From: the human T2T-CHM13v2.0 reference genome, Homo sapiens
DNA: 64,000 bases
Assembly (NCBI RefSeq): GCF_009914755.1
Contig: NC_060929.1
Reading direction: 5' to 3' (one strand)
Shown here: in pieces, positions 12,976 through 29,750 of the stretch
Layout: each line of letters starts with the position of its first letter
How positions within the stretch are numbered: the stretch's first letter is position 1
Notes under the pieces: generated by a model
The model's database searches: none
Seen by the model: the letters and a program-made list of their open reading frames with translations, nothing else
Told to the model about the DNA's origin: nothing
Position numbers and translations under genes: made by a program

Positions 12976-14144
12976 TAAAATTCCTGGCCCACTTTGTCCC
13001 TTTGTTTTCCATATATCAAGACATATGTTTGCCCATGTATAAGATTCACTGTAAAATGCACCACAAATAAAAGTATACCCCATGGGTGCACACAAAGCCC
13101 CTTTTCTGGTTTTATTTTCAGTGATACATTACCTGCAATGGTGAAGTTAGCTGTTTCTCAACAGAGTCTGGGGTGGAGTTATTACAGGCTAAAAAAGCAT
13201 AAAAGTCCCTGGCACATAAGTCAATTTGTAATAAACTCCATTTAGGCTTTTGGTGCAAGTCTATCTTGTGATATGCTCATTGGTTCTGGTTCTTGCATTT
13301 CATTATTGAGTTAAAGTGAGAACAAGTGGACTAGAAATCTTACCACTAGTACAATTTGAACAAGTTATGTTGGGATGTTGCCAAAGTTACCCAATGGGTT
13401 AACCAAAGGATCCTTTAGGTTATGTAAAGATCTGAGTTTAGCAAGGCAAATTCAATACCCCATCAAGTTGCCCACAAAAGCTATTGATTGTGAAATTTTA
13501 CTTCCAGCATTATTCTGCCAAGTGAAAGAGGTAGGCATAAGTAAAACAAAACAAAACAAAACACAACACAACTAAGAAAAGTAAGAGTTTCATGATGACA
13601 GGGAAGTCTTGATTTGTGATCTTGGAAAAGCTGTCCACATCTAGGATGCCATCTGCATCCTGGGAGAAACTTACCTTGTTATGTTTATGTTAAGGTCTCC
13701 AATGGGTATATAGTTCCAAGAGTCTTGAGGGGTCTGTTTGAGTTATGAAATGTGGACCCAAGTTTAAGGTCCCAAAGTTTTGCTGCAATGTGGGTCACAA
13801 GGGCAGTCTTTCTCTGATGTCATTTCCAGAAGATACAGACTCTCTGGATTCTAGATTGAAAAGGGTTTGATTGTCTGCAGTCAGTGGATTATGAAAACTT
13901 CCTCTACCCATGAAAATACACTTGGATAAAAAACACTGAAGTCTTGCAGCATTTAGTCATGTCAGAGTTTAGGAGCAGGAGATATACGATGTGCTATTTT
14001 TAGGGTCATAGACGTTCCAGTCACTATTTCATAAAAAGTCAGCTTGATTTTAATACATTTTCCACTGGAAATGGATCTGATCGTCACTAATTCGCAACAC
14101 CTTGACAAAGGCAATCCAGTAGATTCACTTAGCTTTGACAAATG

Positions 14145-14459
14145 CTATTGTATTTGTAATATATTTAAATGTTTTACAACTTGCCCGGTGAAGTGAGTAG
14201 CTCTATCACAGGAGATTTCTCTAAGAATGCCCCGTAAAGAAAACAAATATTCTAATAATCTTCTAGCTACTGTTGTAACATCAGCCTTCCTGTAGAGGAA
14301 AGCTTCTATACAACCAGAAAATGAGCACTGAAAATAGCAATTGAATGAAATCCTCTTATAAATGTTCAAATGGCTCATCAGGTAGCAGAAATGTACCTGA
14401 AGTTTGACTGTCTTCCCAGGACTGTGGGTTTGAGAAACCAAACATTGGTCATAAATCAT
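14145..14459 (-). pseudogene. Retroviral integrase core (rve) remnant of the MER57 provirus
   Basis: FSGCIEAFLYRKADVTTVARRLLEYLFSLRGILREISCDRATHFTGQVV resembles FSGWVEAFP...GIP..I.SDRGTHF of ERV1 integrases. Confidence 0.85.
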
Positions 14460-14791
14460 TTTAGAAATTTTAGGGCAGTCAATACACCAATATTTTTTTC
14501 ATAATTTGGGCCATTTTATCTCTTCCATGATGAGGCATAGAGTGCAGAGCTTTTAATAATGGAAGCTTTAAAGAGTCAGCAAGGACCAGGTGTTCATCCA
14601 GGCTCTCCATGAGTCTACATTTAACATTGGACTTATATCCTCTTAAGTACAAATTTTATTTCTCCAATTCAGGTGCATAGCACTGTTTATTAAATGAGTT
14701 ATTATAGGTAATCTGACTTGGATCATGGAGTTCATTCAAATTGCATATCTTAACAAATTCAGTTCTAGATGATGTAGCATGAAAATCTACC

Positions 14792-15694
14792 GGACAAACA
14801 CGAAGATGGCCAAATAGGAACAGCTCCTGTCTACAGCTCCCAGGGTGAGCGACGCAGAAGACGGGTGATTTCTGCATTTTCATCTGAGGTACCGGGTTCA
14901 TCTCACTAGGGAGTGCCAGACAGTGGGCGTGGGTCAGTGGGTGCACGCACCGTGCGCGAGCCCAAGCAGGGCGAGGCATTGCCTCACTTGGGAAGCGCAA
15001 GGGGTCAGGGAGTTCCCTTTCCGAGTCAAAGAAAGGGGTGATGGACGCACGTGGAAAATCTGGTCACTCCAACCCAAATATTGCGCTTTTCGGACCCGCT
15101 TAAAAAACTGCACACCACGAGATTATATCCCGCACCTGGCTCAGAGGGTCCTACGCCCACGGAGTCTCGCTGATGCTAGCACAGCAGTCTGAGATCAAAC
15201 TGCAAGGCGGCAGCCAGGCTGGGGGAGGGGCGCCCGCCATTGCCCAGGCTTGCTTAGGTAAACAAAGCAGCCAGGAAGCTCGAACTAGGTGGAGCCCACC
15301 ACAGCTCAAGGAGGCCTGCTTGCCTCTGTAGGCTCCACCTCTCGGGGCATGGCACAGACAAACAAAAAGACAGCAGTAACCTCTGCAGACTTAAATGTCC
15401 CTGTCTGACAGCTTTGAAGAGAGCAGTGGTTCTCCCAGCACGCAGCTGGAGATCTGAGAACCAGCAGACTGCCTCCTCAAGTGGGTCGCTGACCCCTGAC
15501 CCCTGAGCAGCCTAACTGGGAGGCAACCCCAGCAGGGGCACACTGACACCTCACACGGCAGGGTATTCCAACAGACCTGCAGCTGAGGGTCCTGTCTGTT
15601 AGAAGGAAAACTAACAAACAGAAAGGACATCCACACCAAAAACCCATCTGTACATCACCATCATCAAAGGCCAAAAATAGATAAAACCACAAAG
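14792..15694 (+). promoter_or_regulatory. L1 5' UTR internal sense/antisense promoter (CpG-rich, YY1 core AAGATGGCC at 14803-14811)
   Basis: Canonical L1PA2 5' UTR sequence. Promoter role comes from established L1 biology; activity here is untested. Confidence 0.75.
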
Positions 15695-16711
15695 ATGGGG
15701 AAAAAACAGAACAGAAAAACTGGAAACTCTAAAACGCAGAGTGCCTCTCCTCCTCCAAAGGAACGCAGTTCCTCACCACCAATGGAACAAAGCTGGATGG
15801 AGAATGACTTTGACGAGCTGAGAGAAGAAGGCTTCAGACGATCAAATTACTCTGAGCTACGGGAGGACATTCAAACCAAAGGCAAAGAAGTTGAAAACTT
15901 TGAAAAAAATTTACAAGAATGTATAACTAGAATAACCAATACAGAGAAGTGCTTAAAGGAGCTGATGGAGATGAAAACCAAGGCTCGAGAACTACGTGAA
16001 GAACACAGAAGCCTCAGGAGCCAATGTGATCAACTGGAAGGAAGGGTATCAGCAATGGAAGATGAAATAAATGAAATGAAGCGAGAAGGGAAGTTTAGAG
16101 AAAAAAGAATAAAAAGAAATGAGCAAAGCCTCCAAGAAATATGGGACTATGTGAAAAGACCAAATCTACGTCTGATTGGTGTACCTGAAAGTGATGGGGA
16201 GAATGGAACCAAGTTGGAAAACACTCTGCAGGATATTATCCAGGAGAACTTCCCCAATCTAGCAAGGCAGGCCAACATTCAGATTCAGGAAATACAGAGA
16301 ACGCCACAGAGATACTCCTCGAGAAGAGCAACTCTAAGACACATAATTGTCAGATTCACCAAAGTTGAAATAAAGGAAAAAATGTTAAGGGCAGCCAGAG
16401 AGAAAGGTCGGGTTACCCTCAAAGGGAAGCCCATCAGACTAACAGCGGATCTCTCGGCAGAAACCCTACAAGCCAGAAGAGAGTGGGGGCCAATATTCAA
16501 CATTCTTAAAGAAAAGAATTTTAAACCCAGAATTTCATATCCAGCCAAACTAAGCTTCATAAGTGAAGGAGAAATAAAATACTTTACAGACAAGCAAATG
16601 CTGAGAGATTTTGTCACCACCAGGCCTGCCCTAAAAGAGCTCCTGAAGGAAGCACTAAACATGGAAAGGAACAACCGGTACCAGCCGCTGCAAAATCATG
16701 CCAAAATATAA
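15695..16711 (+). CDS. LINE-1 ORF1p, open and full length (338 aa)
   Basis: MGKKQNRKTGNSKTQSASPPPKERSSSP... with REKG, ARR and YPAKLS motifs. Confidence 0.95.
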   Translation: MGKKQNRKTGNSKTQSASPPPKERSSSPPMEQSWMENDFDELREEGFRRSNYSELREDIQTKGKEVENFEKNLQECITRITNTEKCLKELMEMKTKARELREEHRSLRSQCDQLEGRVSAMEDEINEMKREGKFREKRIKRNEQSLQEIWDYVKRPNLRLIGVPESDGENGTKLENTLQDIIQENFPNLARQANIQIQEIQRTPQRYSSRRATLRHIIVRFTKVEIKEKMLRAAREKGRVTLKGKPIRLTADLSAETLQARREWGPIFNILKEKNFKPRISYPAKLSFISEGEIKYFTDKQMLRDFVTTRPALKELLKEALNMERNNRYQPLQNHAKI

Positions 16712-16747
16712 AGACCATCGAGACTAGGAAGAAACTGCATCAACTAA

Positions 16748-20603
<3,856 letters not shown>

Positions 20604-22427
20604 ACAATGAGATCACATGGACACAGGAAGGGGAATATCACATTCTGGGGACTGTGGTGGGGTGGGGGGAGGGGGGAGGGATAGCATTGGGACATATACC
20701 TAATGCTAGATGACGAGTTAGTGGGTGCAGCGCACCAGCATGGCACATGTATACATATGTAACTAACCTGCACAATGTGCACATGTACCCTAAAACTTAA
20801 AGTATAATAAAAAAAAAAAAAAAAGGAAATCTACCAAAGTATTTTCTCGGTATTCAATTAATTATTGTCCTTCTTGGGTTAACAGTTTTATAAGCTAGTC
20901 TCTTCACTGGAGTTCTGGGAATTCTTACCCATTTCAATAGCATTGACTGGGTAAGAATTCCCAGAAACCTGTACTTGTTAATGTCCTTTCCATTCTTTCC
21001 ATGAACCTCCTTGAAGATACAACACATTAGGATTATACTTGCTTACAAAGAGGTTTCAGAAAAAGCATCAGAATTAAGCATTTAACTGTGGTCAATAAAG
21101 GCTTAAAATGGTCATGGTTAATGACACAATTCATAAGAAAATTTGACTATTTCTGTGGCCTACAATAATTTAACATAATAACCATAATTATAACTGATAG
21201 CACATACAAAGACATATCAGAGTTTTAGAAATTCAATATAATATTGGAACACATTAATAACATATCTAGAAAAATATAACTCAGAAGATTAGGCATCATT
21301 TCTTATCTGACAATGCTTCTCAGATAATTTAACGTATCAAATATGTCTATTTATTTTCTCTTTCATATGCTTCAAGGGCCCTCTGGAACATCCCAAAGTC
21401 AGTTTTAAGTCAAAAAGAATTAATTTTCATTTTGAAATTTGATTTTAGAAAGCCTATCAAATATGTCAAAAGTTCAAAACACTTGATCAAAATAGGATTA
21501 CAAGTCACTGTAAAATAATAGTTATTCATTTTGCCAAGGTGATAATTAAAACATTTTAAAAATCAAAAACCATTACTCTTTGAGAGAGGAGACTCCGTTT
21601 TCTAAATAATCAAAAGACCTAATAAAGACAGCATGAGACACAAAAAATCTGTTCCTATCTCCTCTCTGCCCCCTATTGTTATTATTATTATTATTACTAT
21701 TTTTTTGTTTACTCGAAGGGTAAAAAAAAAGTTACTCTTTCTTATTAATAATACACAAAAATATTGTTTAAAAGAGGAAACCAAATTTTAGTTTTGTATT
21801 AGTGTACTCTTGATATTAACGCTAATTAATTCATTCAATCTTAGTTTAACCATACAAGATTTTCTTTTACTCTTTTTCTTTCTTTTTTAAAAAAGTTTTT
21901 GTATCCATTCAATTTTGTCTATATCATTTCTTTCTTTGTTCCTCCGTTTTCAAACAACCTTTAAATAACCTCTAAACTAGATAAAAATCACTTTTTTTAA
22001 ACAAAAATTACATTTTCATGCTTTCCTTATTATTACCATTCTCACCAAAAAATATGGTGTTTTTTGTACGCTTTGCATACAGAATTGTTTCACTTATTAT
22101 TAGTAGTTTTAATTACCTACATTAATTAAAATTTTAGCTCTTAGTAACTTCAATTTCCAGTGATAAACCTAGGTTGTAAGTAGTTTTGAATTATCTTATT
22201 TCATTTTAGTAGTTATAGATGAAAATCATTTTATAGCTTTTAGAAATCTCTATTTCCTCAATTTTTTATATTTATTAACAGATCCAAATATATTTAGTTT
22301 CTCTGTATTATACAAAAACAAGATATTGAAGTACATAAACTTAAACTTATGATTAATAATAAATGTTTCCATATTTTAATTTAGAAATGACTCAGATTTA
22401 TTATGAGGACTTAACTTTAAGGTTTTA

Positions 22428-24146
22428 TTTTATTTTATTTATATATATTTTTATTATACTTTAAGTTCTAGCGTACATGTGCACAACGTGCAGGTTAGTT
22501 ACATATGTATACATGTGTCATGTTGGTGTGCTGCACCCAGTAACTCGTCATTTAACATTAGGTATATCTCCAAATGCTATCCCTCCCCCCAACCCCCACC
22601 TCCACAACAGGCCCCGCTGTGTGATGTTCCCCTTCCTGTGTCCAGGTGTTCTCATTGTTCAGTTCCCACCTATGAGTGAGAACATGCAGTGTTTGGTTTT
22701 TTGTCCTTGCGATAGTTTGCTGAGAATGATGGTTTCCAGCTTCATCCATGTCCCTACAAAGGACATTAACTCATCATTTTTTATGGCTGCATAGTATTCC
22801 ATGGTGTATATGTGCCACATTTTCTTAATCCAGTCTATCATTGTTGGACATTTGGGTTGGTTCCAAGTCTTTGCTATTGTGAATAGTGCGGCTATAAACA
22901 TACATGTGCATGTGTCTTTATAGCAGCATGATTTATAGTCCTTTGGGTATATACCCAGTAATGGGATGGCTGGGTCAAATGGTATTTCTAGTTCTAGATC
23001 CCTGAGGAATCGCCACACTGTCTTCCACAATGGTTGAACTAGTTTACAGTCCCACCAACAGTGTAAAAGTGTTCCTATTTCTCCATATCCTCTCCAGCAC
23101 CTGTTGTTTCCTGACTTTTTAAATGATCGCCATTCTAACTGGTGTGAGATGGTATCTCATTGTGGTTTGGATTTGCATTTCTCTGATGGTCAGTGAGGAT
23201 GAGCATTTTTTCATGTGTTTTTTGGCTGCATAAATGTCTTCTTTTGAGAAGTGTCTGTTCATATTCTTTGCCCATTTGTTGATGGGGTTGTTTGGTTTTT
23301 TTCTTGTAAATTTGTTTGAGTTCTTTGTAGATTCTGGATATTAGCCCTTTGTCAGATGAGTAGATTGCAAAACTTTTCTCCCATTCTGTAGGTTGCCTGT
23401 TCACTCTGATGGTAGTTTCTTTTGTTGTGCAGAAGCTCTTTAGTTTCATTAGATCCCATTTGTCCATTTTGGCTTTTGTTGCCATTGCTTTTGGTGTTTT
23501 AGACACGAAGTCCTTGCCCATGCCTATGTCCTCAATGGTATTGCCTAGGTTTTCTTCTAGGGTTTTTATGGTTTTAGGTCTAACATTTAAGTCTTTAATC
23601 CATCTTGAATTGATTTTTGTATAAGGTGTAAGGAAGGGATCCAGTGTCAGCTTTCTACATATGGCTAGCCAGTTTTCCCAGCACCATATGTTAAATAGGG
23701 AATTCTTTCCCCATTTCTTGTTTTTGTCAGGTTTGTCAAAGATCAGATAGTTGTAGATGTGTGGTATTACATCTGAGGGCTCCGTTCTGTTCCATTGGTC
23801 TGTATCTCTGTTTTGGTAACAGTACCATGCTGTTTTGGTTACTGTAGCCTTGTAGTATAATTTGAAGTCAGGTAGTGTGATGCCTCCAGCTTTGTTCTTT
23901 CGGCTTAGGATCGACTTGGCGATGCGGGGTCTTTTTTGGTTCCATATGAACTTTAAAGTAGTTCTTTCCAATTCTGTGAAGAAAGTCGTTGGTAGCTTGA
24001 TGGGGATGACATTGAATCTATAAATTACCTTGGGCAGTATGGCCATTTTCACAATATTGATTCTTCTTATCCATGAGCATGGAATGTTCTTCCATTTGTT
24101 TGTATCCTCTTTTATTTCATTGAGCAGTGGTTTGTAGTTCTCCTTG
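22428..24146 (-). mobile_element. 5'-truncated L1PA (PA4/5-like), ~1.7 kb
   Basis: ORF2 C-terminus plus 3' UTR on the minus strand. 15-bp TSD aactttaaggtttta (22413-22427, 24147-24161). Confidence 0.95.
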
Positions 24147-24399
24147 AACTTTAAGGTTTTAAATTGCTGGAAAAAATTTTTGAAACTATGACGTTTATTT
24201 ACATATTTTTGTGCTGTTTATGTTAACCTAGTTTACTCATTCTTAACAATTATGCTTGAATTTCTCATTGAACAAAGCAGACATTGAAAGAGTTCAGAAA
24301 ATATCACTTGAAAATATGTTGCTTTAGTATATTATTGTTACCAATATGTAATCAGTGAGGTTTTATGAATTCTTCTTATCTGTCTAAAGACAGAATTTC

Positions 24400-24690
24400 T
24401 GTTTTTTTGTTTTGTTTTGTTTTTGGAGACAGAGTCTCACTCTGTCACTCAGGCTGGAGTGCAGTGGCACAATCTCAGCTCACTGCAACCTCTGTCTCCA
24501 GGGTTCAAGCCTCCCGAGTAGCTGAGACTATACGCACCCGCTACCACGCCTGGCTAATTTTTGTATTTTTCATAGAGACGGGATTTCACCATGCTGCCCG
24601 GGGTGGTCTTGAACTCCTGAGCTCAGGCAATCCACCTGCCTTGGCCTCCCAAAGTGCTAGGATTACAGGCACGAGCCTCTGTGACCAGCC
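24400..24690 (-). mobile_element. Alu (Jb/old S) with small internal deletion
   Basis: Antisense Alu; TSD-like taaagacag on both sides. Confidence 0.9.
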
Positions 24691-25367
24691 TAAAGACAGG
24701 AACTCAAGAACATTTTCCTAAAGACATTTTCCACAGGAGCTCAGTTGTCAATCATCTTCTCCCTTGGGAGTTCCAGCAACCAGGAAAGATCAACTTTTAC
24801 TGCTGGAGAGGAGACTTCATCACACCCAGATGGACTTTTTCACAAACCATCACCCATTCTTTTTTTAAGGCCCCATTCATCTTTCCCCCAACAGCTTTCT
24901 ACTTGTGGCCTAAATTTGCCCAAAGCAAAGAAGGAGGGTGTAAGGCACAGGACCAGCGAAGACACTGGAAAAGCACCTTAAACAGAGTAAAGTTTATTAT
25001 ATAAATTTAAACCAATGTCTTTTCCATTGTGAGAGTTTCTAATGACTCAGTCTCTCTTCCCAGTGAATGAAGGAGATACCCTTACAAATGGAGATTTCCT
25101 ATATTGTTGTAAATTTATTTTACAAGAGGGTTTCAAAATAGCCAGCTAACTGACACAAAAGTATTTCGGAAATCGAATTAGTTTAATAGGTGGTCTTACT
25201 GAGTTCAAGGTAGAGCACATTAAAGACTAGAACAAAAAAAAAGCATTCTCTATGCCTGGACTAAAGCATGGATATCTCAGAAAAAGAAGTAAGCCTACTT
25301 TACCTGATGGACCACCTTTTTATATTTTATGCAGTTCTCGTTTCACCTTCAGGGAGTAAGAGTAACT

Positions 25368-26283
25368 TGTCAGAGACATCTGAACGAGAGCTACACCATC
25401 TTGAATGGGGGCTGGGTAAAATGAAGCTGAGAACTACTAGGCTGCATTCCCAAGAGGTTGTGTCATTCTTAGTCACAAGATGAGATAGGAGGAGGTTGAC
25501 ACAAGATACAGGTCATAAAGACCTTGTTCATAAAACAGGTTGCAGTAAAGAAGCTGGCTAAAACCTACCAAAACCAAGATGGCAATGAGAGTGATCTCTG
25601 GTTGTCCTCACTGCTACACTCCCACCAGCACCACAACGGTTTACAAATGTCATGGCAATGTCAGAAAGTTACCCTATATGGTCTAAAAAAAGGGAGGAAC
25701 CCACAGCTCCAGGAATTGCCCATCCCTTTCCTGGAAAACTCATGAATAATCTACCCCTTGTTTAGCACATTTCCATGCTGCTGATAAAGACATACCCGAG
25801 ACTAGGCAATTTACAAAAGAAGGAGGTTTAAGGGACTTATAGTTCCACATGGCTGGGGAAGCCTCACAATCATGGTGGAAGGCAAGGAGGAGCAAGTCAC
25901 ATCTTACAGATGGCAGCAGGCAAAGAGAGCTTGTGCAGAGAAACCCCTTCTTACAAAACCATCAGATCTCGTGAGACTCACCCACCATCACAAGAACACC
26001 ATGGAAAAGACCAGGTCCCTTCCACAACACACGAGAATTCAAGATGAGATTTGGGTGGGGACACAGCCAAACCATATCACACATAATTTTAAAAAATCAT
26101 AAAAATAGGCAACCAGCAGCCCATGCTGCTGCTCTGCCCATGGAGTAGCCAGCCATTCTTTATTCCTTTACTTTCTTAATAAACTTGCTTTCACTTTGCA
26201 CTGTGGACTCACTCTGAATTCTTTCTTATTTGAGATCCAAGAACTCTCTCTGAGGTCCGAATCAGGACCACTTTCCAGTAACA
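25368..26283 (+). mobile_element. MER41 ERV1 solo LTR, interrupted by THE1
   Basis: tgtcagagacatctgaacgagagctacaccatcttgaat...ctttccagtaaca; TSD taact on both sides. Confidence 0.9.
25771..26079 (-). mobile_element. THE1B-like MaLR solo LTR
   Basis: gctgataaagacatacccgagac...gggacacagccaaaccatatca; TSD cacat (25766-25770, 26080-26084). Confidence 0.9.
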
Positions 26284-27110
26284 TAACTAAACCAAAAGGT
26301 TATCAGACACAACTTTCCCTATCAATGAACCATTTAAGCTTTTTATTTGCTTTTTTTGTAAAGTCTCTTCTAAAAGAGGCAAGAGAAATTTTGAAATCTT
26401 CTTAGAAGCTTCTGCATATCAATAGACATCCCTGAGTAAGCCTAATTCGGGAGGCTTCATTTTTAAATGCATTTCCTAAAATGTAGTGTTGTTCACTTAG
26501 AATGTTTACCATAATTTTAAATTATCTTTGGTATGATTTTGTCATTTTTGTAAGCATTTGTTGTTTTGGGGGTCTAATATTTATACAGTCCATGTAAAAG
26601 GTAAGTGCAGCCAGAAAGGTGGAGTACTCAGTTCTTCAGAAATTAAGAATCCCATTTTCACAGAATCTTGGCTTTGGTTCTAAGATCACCTTGATAACTT
26701 TGCCAATAACTGTTTCCTACTTCAGTGTACAAAAAAAAAAAAGAACATAAATTCCCTGTGAATTTCTGAAAGCTGAAGTCTGTCCCTCCTGCAGTAATTG
26801 TCATTTAATGACAATTTCTGTCTGACCCAGACATCTGAAGCTTCTAACTGGATTCAATCTAGTTAGTTATCGGATCTAATTTGATCATGGACCTAGTTGA
26901 GTTTCTGTCACAACTTGCAAACTCAGTCCAGGTCAAAAATTTGCTCAAAGTGAGATAGCTTAAAACACACATCCATGGAGATTTGGAATTAGAGAGAAAA
27001 CTTACCCACAATCTTCAGTGGTTGTGTGAGAGCAATGGATGCAATGGGTCCAGAAGTTAGCTCATTTGGTCACTTGAAGCTCCTGGCAGTCACTGGAACC
27101 TCTACTTTGA

Positions 27111-27128
27111 ATCCCACTTCTGATACAA
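27111..27128 (-). other. Primer binding site (tRNA-Leu type) of the MER57 provirus
   Basis: Minus strand TTGTATCAGAAGTGGGAT versus PBS-Leu TGGTGTCAGAAGTGGGAT, 2 nt from the LTR end. Confidence 0.8.
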
Positions 27129-27246
27129 CCTGTTAAAAGAAAAATCTTAGACAAATTAAATTTAGCAGTGTAATTGAGCAAAGAACAATTTGCAAATCAG
27201 GCAGCTCCCAGAACTGGAATAGGTTCAGAATGACTCCAGGGCCACA

Positions 27247-27510
27247 GATTGTATGATTCCATTTATATGAAAGGGCCAATAGATGCAATGTCTGTAGAGA
27301 CAGAAAATATATTGGTGTTTCTTAGGGCTGAAGTGGATGGTGAGAGGCTGCTAATGGGTATGGGATTTCTTTTTGAGGTGAGAAAATGTCCTAAAATTAG
27401 ATTGTGGTAATTCTTTCATAACTCTGTGAATACTACAAACCACTGACTTTTCACTTTAGATGAGTTAATTTTATGGAATGTGAATTACACCTCAATAAAG
27501 CATTTTGTAA
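27247..27510 (+). mobile_element. L1MB-like 3' end fragment
   Basis: tgtatgattccatttatatgaa...gtgaattacacctcaataaag. Confidence 0.8.
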
Positions 27511-28979
27511 AAACAAAACACAACTGTGCTATCATCTTCAGGTAAATAATTGTCTGTCCCAAAGGCCTGATAACTCCCTGCCACAGTAAGGCCATACGGA
27601 AATGCATTCATGGCTTCCACAATTGAGTCATGGCTCGTCCAAATACTGAACTATTCCTACTACTATGTAGGGTCTCACTAAGGTAATTCCCTAGTTTCAT
27701 ATCTGTTAAAACACACTGTATATATCCTGCTTAGGTCAGCTCTACCACCTTCCTGAAGGTGTCCCTCAACACTGACTTCTCTGCTTAGGGAGAGGCCCAC
27801 AGACATGGCAAAGCTTTTGTTGTGTGTGGAAGTCTGTCCATGTATAATTTCCCTGCCTGGTGCTGCTCCTTGCCAAGGATAACCCTGCTCCAAACCTTAA
27901 CTTTCTCAGCTCAGGGAGCCGCAGTCTTTGAGATTAAAAACCTAAAGAAAGGACAGAAGGCCTCCCAGAGGGGAAAGATGTGAATCTAGCCATAGAAAGA
28001 GCTAAATTATGAGTGAGTAGAGATCAGAAAACATCCTATTTTCTGCTGCTTTGCTGTCTTAAATGCTCACGGTATTCCCCAGTGACACATATGATCTTCC
28101 AGTCATTCATTACAGTTGGAATAACACTCATATCCTCTACTAGAACCAAACACAACTTCCTCTGCTTGGAGTGAACTGAAATGACATATTGCTTCAGCAA
28201 AGCCCTGTGTCTCAATGACCTTGATAATTCAGGTGTCTTAGTAAAAATTACATGCAATGCTAAGATTTTTAAGTTCTATTAATATTATTCACTCCAGGAA
28301 ATCAAAGAAAGATTTAGAATTAAAGGCTAATAACCTCCTTTGTGGGGTGGAATAGAAAATATTCCAAATAACTTGTGATTCTTATTCTGAAGAAAAAAGT
28401 TCTCTTCTCTCCAGTTTTCAAATTGCAAATTAAGGTGAAAATAGAAAAGTGATATTTGACCAACTTGACATATTCTATATAAATTACACTGGGTTGTAAG
28501 TTCATTGGAAAAGACAAAGTAATATGTGATTGCAAACAAGTTACTGCACAGACCTGTTCTACCACATTCAGTTTTCACTGCGAGATGACAATGAGATTCT
28601 TGAGAACTTGTCTGCTTTATCTGTGGTCCCTTTAATGTGTTAGCATCAGCTATATCCATCAGAAAGGGGCAGGAAGCAGAATGCTCCACTGCCATCATTC
28701 ATAAAGTTAGGAAACGTACTTGAGCCTCTCTTTGTTCTGCCAAGGAATGTAAATAATGCCATTTAGTATGTATAATAAATCACGAGAAACTTTAAATCAC
28801 TACCTAGCAATTATTAACCACAAATGTGGCAGATGAAGGACAAGTGCAGATCTTTGTAGCCAAGAAAATGTCTTAGCCTTCCTAAAGGGACACATATTAA
28901 CTCAAGGGGTTTTTTTATTTGTTTTTTTGTTTTGTTTTTGCTTTTGCAGTGGGTCTTTCTTTTTTTCAGAGTTTTAAAC

Positions 28980-29750
28980 TGTGCATAAATGAATGCTGAA
29001 TTCCTAACTCCTGAAGTCCAGATCCTATATCCAAATGACTATTCAACAGATGCACTTAGATGTGTAATAAGCATCTCAAACTCAATGTTAAGAACTGAAC
29101 TCCCCTTTTCCTCCTCAAACCTGCTTCTCCCAGTCTTCCTCAACTTAGTTATCAGCAACTCCACCCTTCTAGTTATGTAAGTCAAAAATGTTTGGAGTAA
29201 TCATAGATGCTTCTCTTCCTCTAAATCCCTACATCCAATATGTTAGCAAATTCTGTATAATCTAGCTTCAAAGTGTAACAGATACTAACTATTTCTCATC
29301 ACTTCCATTGGTATTGATGCCATCATCATCTCTTACCTGAATTATTAGCAACAGCCTTCTAACTAGTGCTCCATTGCCTTTTATCAGTCTGTTCCCTTCC
29401 CAGCTGCTAGACTGATTTCCTTAAAACATGGAGCAGATCAATCACATCACTCTTCTCAAGTACCTCCAGATGGTTTCCATTTTACTCAGACTGAAAACAG
29501 AGCCCATACAATGGCCTATGAGGCTTGAAACAATTTACTCTATCCCCTTTCCTCTCTGATTCCTATCATACTCCCTCTTACTCCGTTCTAAGTTTGCTGG
29601 GCCCCATGCTTTTGGTCAAAAATACCAGACCCAGAAACACTTCAGCATCTTTAAACTTGCTGTTTCTTCCCCCTGAAATGTTCTTCCCCCAGGTATACAC
29701 ATGGCTCCTCCCTTCATTTTCTTCAAAACTTTCACACATCACCCTCTTCT
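28980..29750 (-). mobile_element. L2 fragment
   Basis: gcatctcaaactcaatgtt, cctcaaacctgcttctcccagtcttcc and ctgatttccttaaaacat are typical of L2 3' regions. Confidence 0.8.

Noticed and set aside
14145-14459. Integrase ORF as a possible part or partner of GIN1
   Set aside because: It is an ERV1-type decayed fragment inside the MER57 provirus, ~41 kb beyond the GIN1 stop; the proximity is coincidental.
28320-28698. 123-aa and 81-aa minus-strand ORFs in non-repeat sequence
   Set aside because: No recognisable homology, AT-rich composition and no convincing splice or start context.
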